A stretch of 64,000 bases of DNA from Ptychomitrium polyphyllum (lineage: Eukaryota), in the NCBI GenBank assembly GCA_973851085.1, contig OZ316775.1, positions 22,692,001 to 22,756,000 of the forward strand, read 5' to 3'. The notes under the pieces are model-generated. The model ran no database searches. It saw nothing but the letters and a program-made list of their open reading frames with translations, and was not told the DNA's origin. Every line of letters begins with the position of its first letter. Within the stretch, counting starts at the first letter, position 1. A program made the translations under genes and the position numbers. Below, piece by piece: positions 25,568-39,649 of the stretch.

Positions 25568-26792
25568 GTGCCCTTCTTCCATCTTGCAAATAAGAACGTC
25601 CTCCTTAGAAAGATGATGTTGGAGAGGTTTTTACTCTCATAGATGTTGCAAAGCGTCTTCCACGCTTCTGTTGGTCCTTTGCAAGAGATCATAAGAGCAA
25701 AGTTATCATCATCAAGGTTGGCGGCAAGGATGCCAAAAGCCTTCTTTTCACGACGTTGGAACTCCTTCCTCTCCTTTGCATCCGCCAACAATGGTGGAGT
25801 AGCTTCATTCTCATCTATGATGTCTCAAAGGTCCAAAGAAGACAACAAGAGCTCCATCCTAACCTTCCATTGATAGAAGTTCTCATCATAAAACTTTTAA
25901 ATGACCCTCAAACCTTCACCTTCACTTGAAGCCATACCTTAAGAAGAGAGGTAACAACTGTATCTCCAAACAAACTATTTTGTTGATTCCTATGCTTCTC
26001 ACAAGTTTTTACAACTATGAATCTATAGACAAGCCTTTCAATTCATTATGTCCTCTCAATAAGCACTCTTGTCAAAGAGTTAACAAAATAACAACACCAA
26101 GCACAATAAGTTGGTATTAGGGAGCTAGAATTCCAACAAAGATACTATCAAGGTCTTATCATCTCTCAAAGCAACTCACTATCCAAAGAGTTTCAACATC
26201 CACAACCTTATAAGAAATCAAAAACATCAAATTAAGCACCTATATGTGCAAAACCTCAAAAATAGGCATTTCTAATTTTATTTTCAATAACTACCAAGTG
26301 ATCTTGATCCTCACAAGAACAACAACTACAATCACTTCAAGCTACTTTAAAAGGCACAACTAAGTATGAGTGGGCCCATAATCTATTGAAAAATGCAACA
26401 AAGCTAGTACAACAAGCAAGAAGAGAGAGCAAAGTTGCAACAAGAAAAGTGTGGAGTAAGATGTCTCTCACTTCTAAAATTCCTTTACTTATACTTCGGA
26501 ATCATCTACCAAAGTGTGCCACTTGGCCGCCATGTTTTTTCCTCCGCTGATGAGTGCTATGTGGCAGCCAACCCTAGCTGCCGTAGTTGCCGTAGCCGCT
26601 GCCTTAATCCTAACGGCCGCCCTAATTCTAGCCGCCATATAAAACCCTTATTGTTTTTTCTTAAGCCTAACCTCCGTATCCTCTATGGCTTCTTCCTTGA
26701 CACCCCTTTGATTATTAGCAACCTATCAAGCTCTAGTTATATACAAAGAAACTTCAACTATGATCACTTTATATGTTCCACCCTTTTCAACA
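25568..26792 (-). mobile_element. 5' half of a Ty1/Copia element (5' LTR 26384-26792, PBS, 5' gag)
   Basis: LTR TGTTGAAAAGGG... matches 55643-56052 in inverted orientation. PBS reads GATTATGGGCCCAC. Gag remnants include ENFYQWKVRMELLLSSLDL and EKKAFGILAANL...EAWKTLCNIYE. Confidence 0.88.
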
Positions 26793-27043
26793 AAATTATA
26801 CCTCAAAATATTTTTAGATGGATTTGAGCAATTTTTGCATTACAACATTTTAGCAACGTCCAAAAGAATAAATGCCTAAAGTGTTACATTTAAAAGGAGC
26901 AGATGTAATATTCCAATTCTAATAGAAAGGTCCCTATAAAGTCTATAATAAAGACAATATATAAACCATGTTCACATTCAAAATTGTTATTTCAAAATGG
27001 CCAAATGCAATACCAAGGTTGTACATTGTTATGCCATAATTTG

Positions 27044-27074
27044 CATATACATATACATATACATATACATACAC

Positions 27075-27114
<40 letters not shown>
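27044..27114. repeat. Compound (CATATA)n/(TA)n microsatellite
   Basis: Directly visible. Confidence 0.95.
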
Positions 27115-27117
<3 letters not shown>

Positions 27118-30100
27118 AATTTGGCTTTAAAAAGAATAATATAAATAATATTTAAATATATTATCTTTATAATATTTTAATAATACATAACCTATATATC
27201 AAATCTAGTTTCTTCATTGCAAATGATCTAGTATTTCTTCAATAATTTATTTAATAATTTATCTATATTCATTAATCTTCAATATAAAATAAATATTAAT
27301 TTAGTATTGAAAATGCATTGGAATTACGAATATTCAATAACACACATATATTCTAAAGAGTGGTGGTATTTCTTGTTTTAAAAGAATAAATTGGTTGTTC
27401 ACTTACTATATGTCAATTTTACACAATAATGGTTGCCTTCTATACCATAATCCATGAATACATTCATATACTTTTTTTCAAGAATGTCCTTCTTTTAAAG
27501 AAGTTGCATTCTAAAAAAATCTTTATACCATGTGCAATCCCCTTTTAGAAGCAATAATTTACTTCACTTCAATATGAACAAGAATATATAATGAGAATGA
27601 CATTTCAAAGATGATAAGACTATTCTTGCTAGTCATGCATAGCATGTATCAAATAGTGCTATTCAATTTAAGACTTTGTAATCTTAACCATTTTGGAATA
27701 GAATTTGACATGAATTTTGAATTCAAATTTTGAATCACTTATTCAAAGAATGGCAAATGCTAATAGATTGATTCATGGACTTTTACAAGTGACTTAATTA
27801 GCGTTTTGAAATATAACAATAAAATTTGTAACATTAATAATGAAATGCTTACTTTAATACATATTTTTGAGAGCTAATATTGATTAAAATAGTGGCTCAC
27901 TTTATAGAATTTTCAATGTCACCAATACAATAGATAACATGAGTATGCGGCGTTTATCTTGCCTAGGTCAATCTCGGAGAACATTATCATCCTCCATTTT
28001 TTTCAAAGGTTGGCAAGCCATTTTTATTTCAATTGAATCCGTACATAAGCTAGGTGTTGGTTTTTCACATCCTTCAGTGGCTACAATATTTGCAAATGAC
28101 AAATAGAGCTCAACACATAGATAGTTTAAAAAAAAAGTAGCAAATTGCATAAATAATATTTTGCATGTGATTGTACCTTTTAAATGAGCTCCATGGGTAG
28201 CAAGGATCAATTACTGCAATGTGTCCTATAGAAATCTATGACTCTTTCAACAAGTCTTTGTATGGACACCATTAATTGTCCCTTTTGTTATTGCAAAATT
28301 TTCTTAGTGTTTGCCTGATACATTTGACATTTCATTTCAAGATGTATCAAACTTTATTTTTATCATAATGCAAACAAAACAAAAATATCATGCATGCCTT
28401 AAAATGTGGCATGTAGTCCATAAATTTTTTTTAATTATTATTGAGTCAATTATTGTAATTAATCAGTGTATGTCAAAATAAGAATAATGTAGGTGTTTAA
28501 AATTTAATAATGTTACAAATCATTTTTAGAAAAATCGCAAATTGAGGTCAAATCATTCAATCACATGTATCATCTTACATCACAATTATTCATGTTTTTC
28601 ATGCATTCACCAAGAATAAAAGAATGAATTTGTGTACAAATTTCCAATTTATAATTGTAAGATTTTAAATAAGGATAAATACACAATCTTGAAAATTGTC
28701 AAAAAATGTACAATTGAAGCAATTAATTTTAGAAGTTTTTATTTCATTTAAATTTCTTATCTTTGGTTTTTTATTTTGGTTTTTACATAATCAAGCCTTT
28801 TATTTTTTGCCAAACAAAATGTGACTTCACTCAACTTTTTCAAATAAACTTCAACAAAATATGAATTTTTAGAAGCTTGTAAAAATAAATAGCTTAGCTA
28901 AAATGTGAAATAAAATTTTTATCTCTAACAAAAGAATTGACCTTTGCAAGGTCCTCCAATTTGTTGGAAGCCAAAGATTGAGCCTGTTTCAAATGTAAAG
29001 ACTTTAATTTAGAATTTAAGAACTTTAAGTTTTAAAAAAAGAAGTTGTCAATCATGGCATATCACAAATGACTATAAACAAAAGAAGTAAGTGTTGTACA
29101 TGCATATAGGCATAATACTTGGACAATCATAATACTTGATAAAGTTACAGATACTTGCATAACACTTGCACAAAGTTATTGTAAATATTGGAAATGTTCT
29201 TTTATTCATTTGTATCTAATTATTACTAATGCTATTTTAACATGAGGTCTTGTTATGCTTATTGACCAATTACTATAATTTCTACTATTTGTAATTCTAA
29301 AGGTATATAATGCATCATTTAAGATATCTACTTTAAATCATTATATATGTAAATTATTAAAAAAAATATTAGATTCAATATTAAGGTAACAATGAAATTA
29401 AACTGAAAGGTAGTTGCAAAATATGTGCATACTTTTGTCTAATATAATGACAAAGTTTGCTACAATAAGACTTAGAATTTAGAGTACTGGCAATCATAAG
29501 TAGGTACATGAAACATTTTATTACATATATATACTATTTTCACACGTTTGTAAATTTACGACACCATGTGACCATGTGATATTGCATTGTGTATATTATG
29601 TATTCTTACCATATTATATAGAAACTTTGAATCATCAAGAATCATTGTAGATCAATGTTCTTTTTAATACTTCAACCTATTTTTATTAATTTGATACCAT
29701 AAATATAAAATAAACTTTTATAACAACTATGCATTATTTCTATTTTATACATCAATGATAATTCATATTGTACAATATAATAAAGCAAAGCTTCACTACA
29801 AATGATGCATAGGAATAGTTATTGACTAATTTGCTAAGTTGAAGTTAGTTTGAAGTTGTTTCATCTCAAAGCCACTTCCGAAACCAATGTAGTATCAGCA
29901 AAGTTACCAAGATGGCACTAGCATTTAGATTCTACAGTTCATTTTGTACCAGCATCTTGCTATTGTTTTAATGTAGAAGTAACTCAAGAATCAACGTATA
30001 CATTTGCCATGACAATACAATCTTATTTTTATGTTGCATGTGAGCCGTCGCTATGAAAAGCAGAGAACATGATTAGTATAATTTGGTGATGTACCTCTTA

Positions 30101-30569
30101 CAAAATTGTTGAAATCTTTCCTGATTTTACAAAAAAATCCAAAGTTCTTGTCCCTTCTTGCAAAGATTTAATTTGTTTGAGTGATTTGGTGCAGTACAAG
30201 CTATTATTAGCAAAATATCCTCATTTCTAAACAAAATTTGTAGCTTGTATTACAAGACCTAATGACTTATTTAGCTTCCTTTTTTATTTACCAAAAAATG
30301 CGTGTATAAACCTTTGTTTTTTTTTCTTAACTCCCTGTTGCTAATAGAAAATATTCTTTGAAGGAGAGCATGTTTGATTTTTTTTGATACAAAAATAGTC
30401 GCCTATAATATTAAATATGGTATAAATTTTCCAAAATACTGAATTACTTTGTTTGAGAAATAATGTAGGTTATTAATGTAGTAAGAACTAAATTGAGGTT
30501 GAAGCAACCTTGTTAAATTTCATACATTTGGATTGTGTTACGAATATTGTCATTCATTGCTACATCTTG

Positions 30570-31425
30570 TGTTATGGACATAAGAAATAAGAAATGGATA
30601 CAAAGTGGTTCCTAAGAATTAGCTTCTAAAACAACTAATGAATAATAAAAATTGATACAAAGACTAAAATAAGGGCACAATACAATATGATCTACAACTT
30701 GTGTTGACAAGACTAATGTATATCTTGTCTTGCCTCTTATTTATATGATGATGCTTGTATTTCCTACAATACTTCTAAACAAGTTTCTTATGAAATTTAA
30801 GAATATTCTACAACTTTAACAAACTTTTCTCAGAAGTTTTTTAAGGACGTATAACCTTCTCAAGTAATTTCCTAAGCCAATAGACATTTTCTAAAAAGTC
30901 TTCCAAAGAGGTGGAACCTTTCTAAATTTTTTTTTAAAGGAAGGACATAACTGTGGAAGCATTGAAAATATTATAAGAAGCTATTATAATTCCCAAAATG
31001 TTCTAGAAGATTCTAAAGATTATATCATATGATCCATATTTATAACATCACTTCTTTCTTTAGCAACAAGTTCCACAAAAAGCTCTTGCTGTATCTTGCT
31101 CATTACATCTCCATAAATTTTAGATTTTTTTGAAAAAAAAAACAACATATTTTAATCATTGTTCATTCTCCATTGGTTCAATCGGTATTTGCAAGAAACG
31201 CTGCTAATCATTAATCAAGACTATTTTTATTGAAATGTCCCAACTCAAGATTTGATCTTGATTAAGTCTTTCAAAACATCCTTCAAATAGGTCCTCTAAG
31301 AATGACTCTTCCAACTTCTAACAAGATATTGAGAACTCAAGCATTTGAATTGAGACTTGATGTGAAGGGCATCTAGCCAATACCTTTATATGTGGTTGCA
31401 TTTGGCATTGGAGTGTATCTATTAT
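30570..31425 (-). mobile_element. Degenerate 3' LTR (30570-31047) and 3' UTR fragment of the H/E/F Gypsy family
   Basis: Collinear similarity to 14060-15060 (LTR, PPT and UTR). Confidence 0.8.
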
Positions 31426-34400
31426 ATTTATAATGGACAAAGTAACAATAAGATAAGGTTTTAATATTTTAGAATGTGGAACAAAATATGTCCAAGGTAT
31501 ATTTGAAATAAAGAGTTATAACAAGATACATTGACAAGACCAGAAGGTCTAAGCTAGATTACAAAAGATGCGTTGTCAAAACTGAGGATCCATTCAACCT
31601 AGACTCCTATATATACTAAGGTTACAAGCCTTGGAAGCTTCTTGATAAGCTTCTATTATATTGCTTTGTATTCAAGCAATTTCAAGTTCCTTCCTTAGAA
31701 GCTGCTTAAGTTGGAAAAACTTCCTCAAAAACTTTTTAAACCAAGGTAACTTCCTTAAAAGCTTCCTAAACCTTCTAAGAACTTTTCTAAATGCTTTTAA
31801 TATGTATGTCTATTGAATTACCTCCACTTCTAGCTTTGAAGTTTCCTAGGAGCATATTGCAATAAGTGCTCAATAATGTAAGAAGTTAAAAATTTGTTGC
31901 ATGGTGTTTGTAGTATACTCTAATTGCCTTTCACAATTCAAATGATGTATAGGTTCTTATAACCACCAATAGTATCCAATGCTTTCTTCTTGGAACCAAG
32001 CATGAACTTTTGTATCTTCATTGTGAATGCATCCTTTCAAACATTACTTTTGGATAATCTTTGTAATCTAACTCTATTTCAAAGACAAACACCAACGTTC
32101 TATTGTTAGGTATCTTTTGACGTGTTCTTGAACCAATCTATTCTTTGTCACGAGGTCGTTCACAAGAGCCACTTAGTTGAATTGATACTAATAGCATGAT
32201 ATCTGCATCTTGACTATCCTTATATAATATACCAAGCTATTCTTTAGAAACTATGATAAATTCAAAATATAATTGACTAATTTCTAAATCATGTTTTGGG
32301 CTTTGGAAACTTATAATCTAGGAATTTCTTTTTCTTCTACTTAAAAGCCCAAGCATTAAAAGTTTTCAAGATTATGCAACTTTACTGAGCCATTATTCCT
32401 TGTGTTGCTACTTTTGGTTTGGATGGATGCAGTCTTTGGAACTCACAAACTTTTTCTAGTGAATTGGCAAGATTGTTAGCTAGCTGTTATATGCGTTCAT
32501 TGATATCATATCTGTGCCAATGGACCAAATATTCTAGCTTTCCACGTCTTATCCGTGAGTCAAGCACTTCTTCCACTTCAAATTCATGCTGATCGTTGAT
32601 TTTGATCACAAGTGGTAGCAACAACCTTTGTTTAGGAATATTTGATTCCTTGTAAGTTTTCAAAAATGAAATGTAGAAGACGAGATGTACCTCCATTAAC
32701 ATTGGTAGTTCCAAATAATGTGCCATGTGGTTTACTTGTTTTTTGATTGCAAATGGTTCTATGCAATAGTCTAGCTTGTTACATGACATATTGGTCTTTA
32801 TATTGCATCAAAGGAGCCACACCTTCTCACCAACTTGGAATGGAAGATGTTCCTTTCTTATTGCATCTAATTGTTGTTTTGTATTGTTCTCAAGCTTCTT
32901 CTAATTTAGTCTTCATGGTTTTTTGAAGCTCTTCCATTTTTGTAGCAAATTCTTCCACTGCTGGATTCTCAAATTGTGGTGGCTGTAATATATCCATCTT
33001 TGGATGATGTCCATAGTTGAAGTAGAGTGGCTTTTGTTGGATGGAAGCGTGAGCGCTATTATTGTAAGCAAACTCAACCAATGTTAGGTAAGAAGTTCAA
33101 TCATTTTGTTTATAGTTGATGGTACCCCTCATTTTTTGCTCCAAGATCTGGTTGATTTGCTTTGTTTGACCCTTGATTTGAGGATGGAAGGCAATAGAAA
33201 GTTTAATGTCTAACTTAAAGATTTCAAAGAACAACTTCCAAAATCTTAATACAAATTGTGGTCCATGATCCAATATAATATTATTGATTAATCTATGGCA
33301 GCAATAAACATTATCTATAAAGAGTGTGGCAATCTCTTCATCCGTAATTGTTTTCTTGCAAGGTACAAAATATGCCATCTTGATCAATTGGTCTACCACA
33401 ACAAAGATGGTATCAAAAGAATTTGACAATGGAAGATTTGTAATAAAATCTATAGAAATAAAGAACCACAATTGCTATGGTATACGCAGTGATTGGAAAA
33501 ATTCATATGGATAATGTTGAAAGTTCTTCAATTAAGAACAAGTATCAGTTAAGAGTATAAACTTTTTAACAACTTTTTATATTTGAGGCTACCAAAAGTC
33601 TCAAGAGAGGAGTTCCAAGGTTTTGTTGAATTCAAAATGTCCAACCGTAAGAAAGTCATGATGTGTTTGAAGTACACAAAGGCAATTAGCCTTCAAGAAT
33701 ATATATACGTTCTTCAAAGTACAGAAGGTTGTTTTCAAATTTGAGCTTACATACATCTTTAGGGAGGTTGTTGAAACAACGCTTGATATTAAGAATAAAG
33801 AGATCATTGGTAGATGTCACACAACCCTAAATAAGGGATGATGGATCTTCCAAAATTGAAATGGTGGTTGTGCGTACACAAAATTATTTGGATTCCAACA
33901 AGATTGCTCATAGTTGATTGTGTGATGCCTCTCCATCCTTTAATGCAAGATATGACCGCTTTGACAAAGCATCTAACAACCTTTGCTGTTTTCTGAGTTA
34001 ATATGTGATGCAAAAATCAAATCGAAATAGTGACATACTTTAATAAGCTTGGCGGCACTTCAAAACACAAGCTGACATAAAATAGATTAAGTTCTTGTGG
34101 TTTGTATATACAAAAACTGGGTGCGCAGCACCCTTGAGCAAGTGAAGCCATTCTTAGAAGGAATTCACAGTTGCAAGGAGTCCCTTGTTGTAGATTTTGT
34201 AGTTGATTTCTGTGGCAAGAATTTTTTGAAATAGAATGCAATTGGATGGAGTTTCTTTTTTCTTTCTATTTGTGGCAAAACTACTTCTAATGCAAAGTTG
34301 GAAGCATCAATCTCAAGATAAAATTGCTTTGAAAAATCTGGATGGACAAAGATAAGAGTTGTGGTAAAAGATTGTTCCAATTTTAGAATAAATCCTCAAC

Positions 34401-35670
34401 ATTGTATTTCTAGCCAAGCTTTTCCTTGCATGTTAGTTCCAAGAGTGGTGCACCTATTTGAAAATAGTCATTGATGAAGATCTTATAGAAGTTTTCAAAT
34501 TAAAAAAAGCATTGGGCATTATATACCAATTTAGCATTGTCTAATTGTTGATTGCTTTAATCTTCTTTGGATTCATCAATAGTCCTTTATTGGAGATAAT
34601 ATATCTACTTGAGCTTTGTAGAATACACATTTATCTAGTTTGGAATACAAACCAACATCTTGTAGCTTTTGTAGGATTCTGCGGACATGTCTTTCATGTT
34701 CTTCTAGATCCTTTGAATAGATTAAGGTATCATTCAAATAGCGTACAATAAAATCATTAAGGTACTTCCAAAATATGTCATTCATTAAGTGCTAGAAAAT
34801 GGCAAGTGCATTAATAAGTCTAAGAGGCATGACATTGTATTCAAAATGTCCATATTTTGTTCAAAATTTCATCTTTCATTTGTCTCCTTCTTTAATGAAC
34901 ACCAAATTGTAGGTTCTTTGCAATTCTATTTTGGTATGGATCTTTGCTTGACCAAGTTGACTAATAAGCCTTGATAACAACGGCAATATAAATTGGTTCT
35001 TCACCACCATTTTGAAGCCACTATAATCAACACACATTTGTAAAGATCCATCTTTTTTCTTTATAAAAAGTGTTGGAGCACCAACAAAAGACTTTGAATG
35101 TTGAATGAAGTTCTTGGCTAAATATTCATCAATATATTCCTTTAATGCCAAAAGCTTATTTTGGAACAAATTATAGATAGGTCCAAATGGTCCCTAGGCG
35201 CTGTCTTGAAAGTCTAAGGCACAATCTTGGAAAAAATATACTAATAAAGTGCTTGCATTTTTTTTTTTTCATACATCATTGAACTCCTTATATTTTTCTA
35301 AAATGGTTGATAATGAAGCCACAAATTTGGAGGATAAAGTTGCATACACAACAAAAGAAACACTAGTCTTAGCTGCTTTTATGATTGCTTTAGGGCCAAT
35401 AAAGAGATGCTTTATAGTCTTACATGTATGTAATGATTCAACTCCTTCCCTAAGCTTATTGGTTTTAGTTTCTAGTCTTGGAAATTTTATTTTGCAAGGA
35501 TCCTTATCTATCTACGGTTTGTACTATTTGAGCAACAAAAGTTCTATAATGATTAGAATTATCGAAGACTTAATGACATAATAAATAACTTAGTTTCTAC
35601 AGTTGTTCAAACTAACTGTCAACAAATTGGTTTCATGAATAACAATTCCAAAAGATAACAACTGGCCATC
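31426..35670 (-). mobile_element. Degenerate Gypsy chromovirus 'G' (PR, RT, RNase H, integrase, chromodomain, probable 3' LTR ~31430-31900), 5' truncated
   Basis: Minus-strand ORF fragments EFEVEEVLDSRIRRGKLEYLVHW, SIDFITNLP, FYLEIDASNFAL and LKEYIDEYLAKNFIQHSKS. LTR limits are approximate. Confidence 0.8.
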
Positions 35671-37503
35671 CATTACTAGCATATATGATGCAACATAGTC
35701 TTTAAGCTCTTATAGAATCCTTTGGTATATTATAGTAGCTTTTAAGAATACTTTAAATGTCTCCATAGCCATTTCCACATCCTTAACAAATTTCCTACAA
35801 AAATTCCATCACCTCAGGAAAACTTCCAAGGAAGGTTATACTTTTTTGAAAAGCTTCCTACAAAGATTCCACCACCTTAAAAAATTTCCAAGGAAGGCTC
35901 CAATTCCTTGGAAGCTTCTTAGAAAGGTTCCATAGACTTTTAGAACATTCTTAAGCCCTATAGGAAGCTTCTTTAGAAATATCCTAGGAGATATAAGCAT
36001 CATAGTATAAATAGGAAGCAAGATAAGGTATTTCTTTGTCTTGCCAATACAAGTTGTAGATCATATTGTATCCTGCCTTACTCTAGTCTTTGTATCAATT
36101 TTTGTTAATCATAAGCTCTTTAAAAGCTAATTCTTGGAAAATACTTCAATTCTGCTTCTTGTTTCTTGTGTTCCTAACAGTTTGGCAAGACTACTCCTCA
36201 TTCTATCAAAGCTAAGGTTCTTTAAAGAAGATACTACATTACCCATCTTCTTTAGAATTCCATAGTGTCTTAGAGATTGCGGATTACCTTCTTCTAAGCT
36301 GATACCATAAGTTGGTTTCTTCTTTTAAAAACAAGTGCTATTTCTTTTGAAAAAGGATCAATCTTTCAAAAGATGTGGATTATCTTCTTTTAAAGGTATT
36401 CATAATCTTCTTGTCTTTGAAAATCTTAAATAATGGATAACGTACTTGAAACATCAAAGAATAGCTTTGCAGCTATTGCAGACCTCCAAGAGTTATTAAA
36501 CACAATTTGAACGAAACTTGCTCGTTTCAACACCACCAATAATTTAGAGCAGCACACTCGGCAAGTTGAAGAATCCAATGGCGATATTCAAAGTCTATAT
36601 CAAGAGGTTATTCGATTGCAAGAGACTAATATCATAAGAAAAGGCTTACGTAAAAACCATGCAAAGTCAAAGATTAGCATGCTAAACAAGTTTGATGGAT
36701 CAAGATCAAAGTTTGAAAGGCTTTGTTCAACAAATAAGGCTCTTTCTTAGTTTGTATCAATCTTGCTATCATAATGCCACTATTCAAGTGGAATTTGTAG
36801 CCATTCTTTTATCAAACAATGTATTATCGTAGTTTGCACCATTAATGGAAAGTAGTCACCATTATTGAATAATTTAGATGCTTTCATGGAAGAATTGATA
36901 TCTACTTTTAAAGACACCAACCAAGAGGAGGTGGCTGAAACAAGGATGTAGAGCCTACAATAAGTACAATGCTTGGTTGCTACATATACTGCGGAGTTTC
37001 AACAACTAACTTGCAACCTTGATAGAATGATAAGGTCTTGGTCACACGATTTTGATGGAACTTCGAAAAAATGTGAAGAACTTGCTCCTTACAATGTCAA
37101 AGGTTGAAACATTGGATTAATTCATTACTCAAGCAATAGCATGTGACAATAGACTATTTAAAAGGCGCCAAGAACAATGCCTAGGATGGCAATTGGTACA
37201 TCAAGGTATGGCAACTACTTCTTCAAAAGTATTGAAAAATTTACCACAAAGACCAGAATCTATGGAAGTTGATGCTGCCTAATTTAGATGTTTGATTCCA
37301 AAAGAAAGAGAAAGGCATCAAAGAAGAAACCTATGTTTATATTCTGGCAAGTTTAGGTATAAAATGCACAATTGCCAAAATCAAGGGACTACTTTTAACG
37401 CTCAAAACATAATGGTAGAATTGAAAAACAAGGCTGTCCAATCACAGTAGGAACCATGCAAGTAGACACTACAAGCAAACGACCATCAAATCAAGGTCTC
37501 TTA

Positions 37504-38648
37504 TGTCGCGCACCTCTCCTTGAGGAGTGTCCGCAACACTAAGGGCACAAGGGAGACCCCGGAGTGACGTCTGGGACTTGTGGCGCCAATAGTGAGGGGA
37601 ACCAAGTGGGCCTAACATGGGAAGGACTCCTAAGGGGGAGAAACATCCTTGCCCATGTAGACCAAGGGCCACGAGGGATGGATGGCAGGCATTGAAAGAA
37701 TCACAAAGAGCTGAACTAGAATGCTAAAGATTGTCCAAATCGAACAAGGGAGTTAAAAGTTATGGCATCCCGAAGTTGGAGTTGCCAAGGGGCTGTTTTG
37801 GAGTGTGGCAGCCCCGCACAGTGACTGTACTGGAATGGGACACTCCAGGGAGGGACTCCCCGGGAGTCCTGAACCTTGGGAGAGGCGTACCTCCCACAAT
37901 ACTAACTCAAATTAGACGTTTGAGGAGTCAATCGGCATCTACGCAAAGAGTAGATGACGATAGAGTAATTGCTTGATACATTCGGGCACCGGATGAGGAA
38001 GATATGGCTCCCTAAAGGTCCGCTAAGAGTCCTGGAGGCTTCTAGCAGCTAAGTCCCAAGGAAGATCGGGCGGTCTTCTAAAACTCTAGGTGTGTCGGGG
38101 TTCAGCTAGCTACAGAGGGCTAAGGGACCTGCCAAATCCCACAGAGAGTACTATAAGGGAGGGCTGGTTCCCCTCTCCACTCCCCTAGTATCTCGGTAGA
38201 GACCAAGGGTGAGTCCCGGTTGGTGGAGTTAGTGATGGGGCTTCACCACGGGGACTCCCACACCATTGTGAGCCGGTGGGCAGCCGGTTTCACGGAGGGA
38301 ACTAGCACGTTCAAAAGGGTACGCTTGTTACCACTAAGTTGGGGTGGTATCTTCACGCCGGCACCATGATAGCCCGGGGTGATCTTAGGATCACATGTGC
38401 ATTATGAGTGGTGGTGAGGAGACACCACTAAGTGCAGTTAGGCCGTGTGGAATGGGAGTAATTCCAAGTGAGGCCTTGGACATGAATGGAAGTCCGCACC
38501 TAACCTTTGGCTACTAATAAATTGGGTGTCCTAAGAGAAATGGTAAAAAGACTTGGAAAGTGAAAATGGAGGTTAACCATGTGCATGTGGGGGTGTACAG
38601 GATTGACGCGCGTGACGCTTGCTAAGGTTCATTACAAGGGTTGCGACA
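37504..38648 (+). mobile_element. Solo LTR of the A/B family nested in element E
   Basis: TGTCGCG...GCGACA, collinear with 17201-18349, flanked by a CTTA duplication (the uninterrupted site is seen at ~44615). No PBS or PPT. Confidence 0.93.
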
Positions 38649-39082
38649 CTTATCACTTCCAACTTCTATCTCTTGCTTTACCTTTCTTATCAAAATCAAA
38701 TTGTTAGATGATGAAATACTTAGTGAAGCTCTTTTAGACACCGATGCAATGGCATGCTTTATGGATAATGATTTTGCAATCAACACCACATGGTGCTTGT
38801 GAACAAAAACATCCCGCACTTGTTGAAGTTATTGATGGACAGTCTCTTGCATCTTGCAATGTTATTGAAGAACTCAGTCCTTAGAGGTTGTTTTAGGAGA
38901 CTGAGCATTTAAGATTGTCTTCAACATCATTTAATGCCGAACAAATCCTATTGTCTTGGGCCTTCTTTAGTTTGAATTATATAATACAAACGTTAATTGG
39001 CGCTTATGAAATGTGGTTTTGAAGAAAAGACGTCAAGGTATGAGAAATCTTGGCTATCATTTATTGGAGCTAAAGCATTTAT

Positions 39083-39649
39083 TATCGGGCTTCTGAGTGT
39101 TATATCCAATACTACCGGACTTTTTCTACCAATCTTAGTCTATGGGTACTATCAGATATCTTCCAACAATAACTACCAAGTGATAATAATAATCTATTAG
39201 TTTAGACAAACAAATGTAGATCACTTTTATAGGATCTTGAATCTAGTATTTAAATCCACGACCAAGAAAATTGAGGGTGTGTTGTATTTGGTTTTTTTTA
39301 TGAAACAAGTTCTACACTCCATTCTTTGATTCATTTATTAATTTTATCTTTGAGTATATGTTTATATGTAGGATTTTTCATTTTAGCAAGTTCTATAGTA
39401 GTTTATAGTTTTCTCCTTAATACTACCATGTCTCTTCTATTCAGTAGTATCAACTCTAAATTCATATAGATTGATTTTCCTAGATCAAGACTTTCTAATA
39501 AGGAACCACCAAGCTTCAAAATACTTGGTAATATCAATCATAATATTGGTGTAGCTAATCTTTCTTAAATAAGGATTTTTGATAAGAAACTATCAAGTTA
39601 TTGATTACATGGTAGTTATGGACCTTAACTGTTATAGACCTTAACAACA
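39083..39649. mobile_element. Probable solo LTR (567 bp) of another family nested in element E
   Basis: Interrupts the GCATTTATGA host motif with a TTTAT duplication on both sides; ends TATCGG...CAACA (degenerate TG...CA). Confidence 0.75.

Noticed and set aside
26435..26827. Similar ORFs at 26435 (+) and 55674 (-) as a duplicated gene
   Set aside because: Both lie within the two Copia LTRs.
26793..30569. AT-rich block as a Helitron or endogenous viral relic
   Set aside because: No recognisable motif or terminus could be supported by eye; a translated profile search is needed.
33804..34013. Apparent foreign insert within element G
   Set aside because: Another frame reads as the normal RNase H-integrase linker (ITY...DALSKRSYL).
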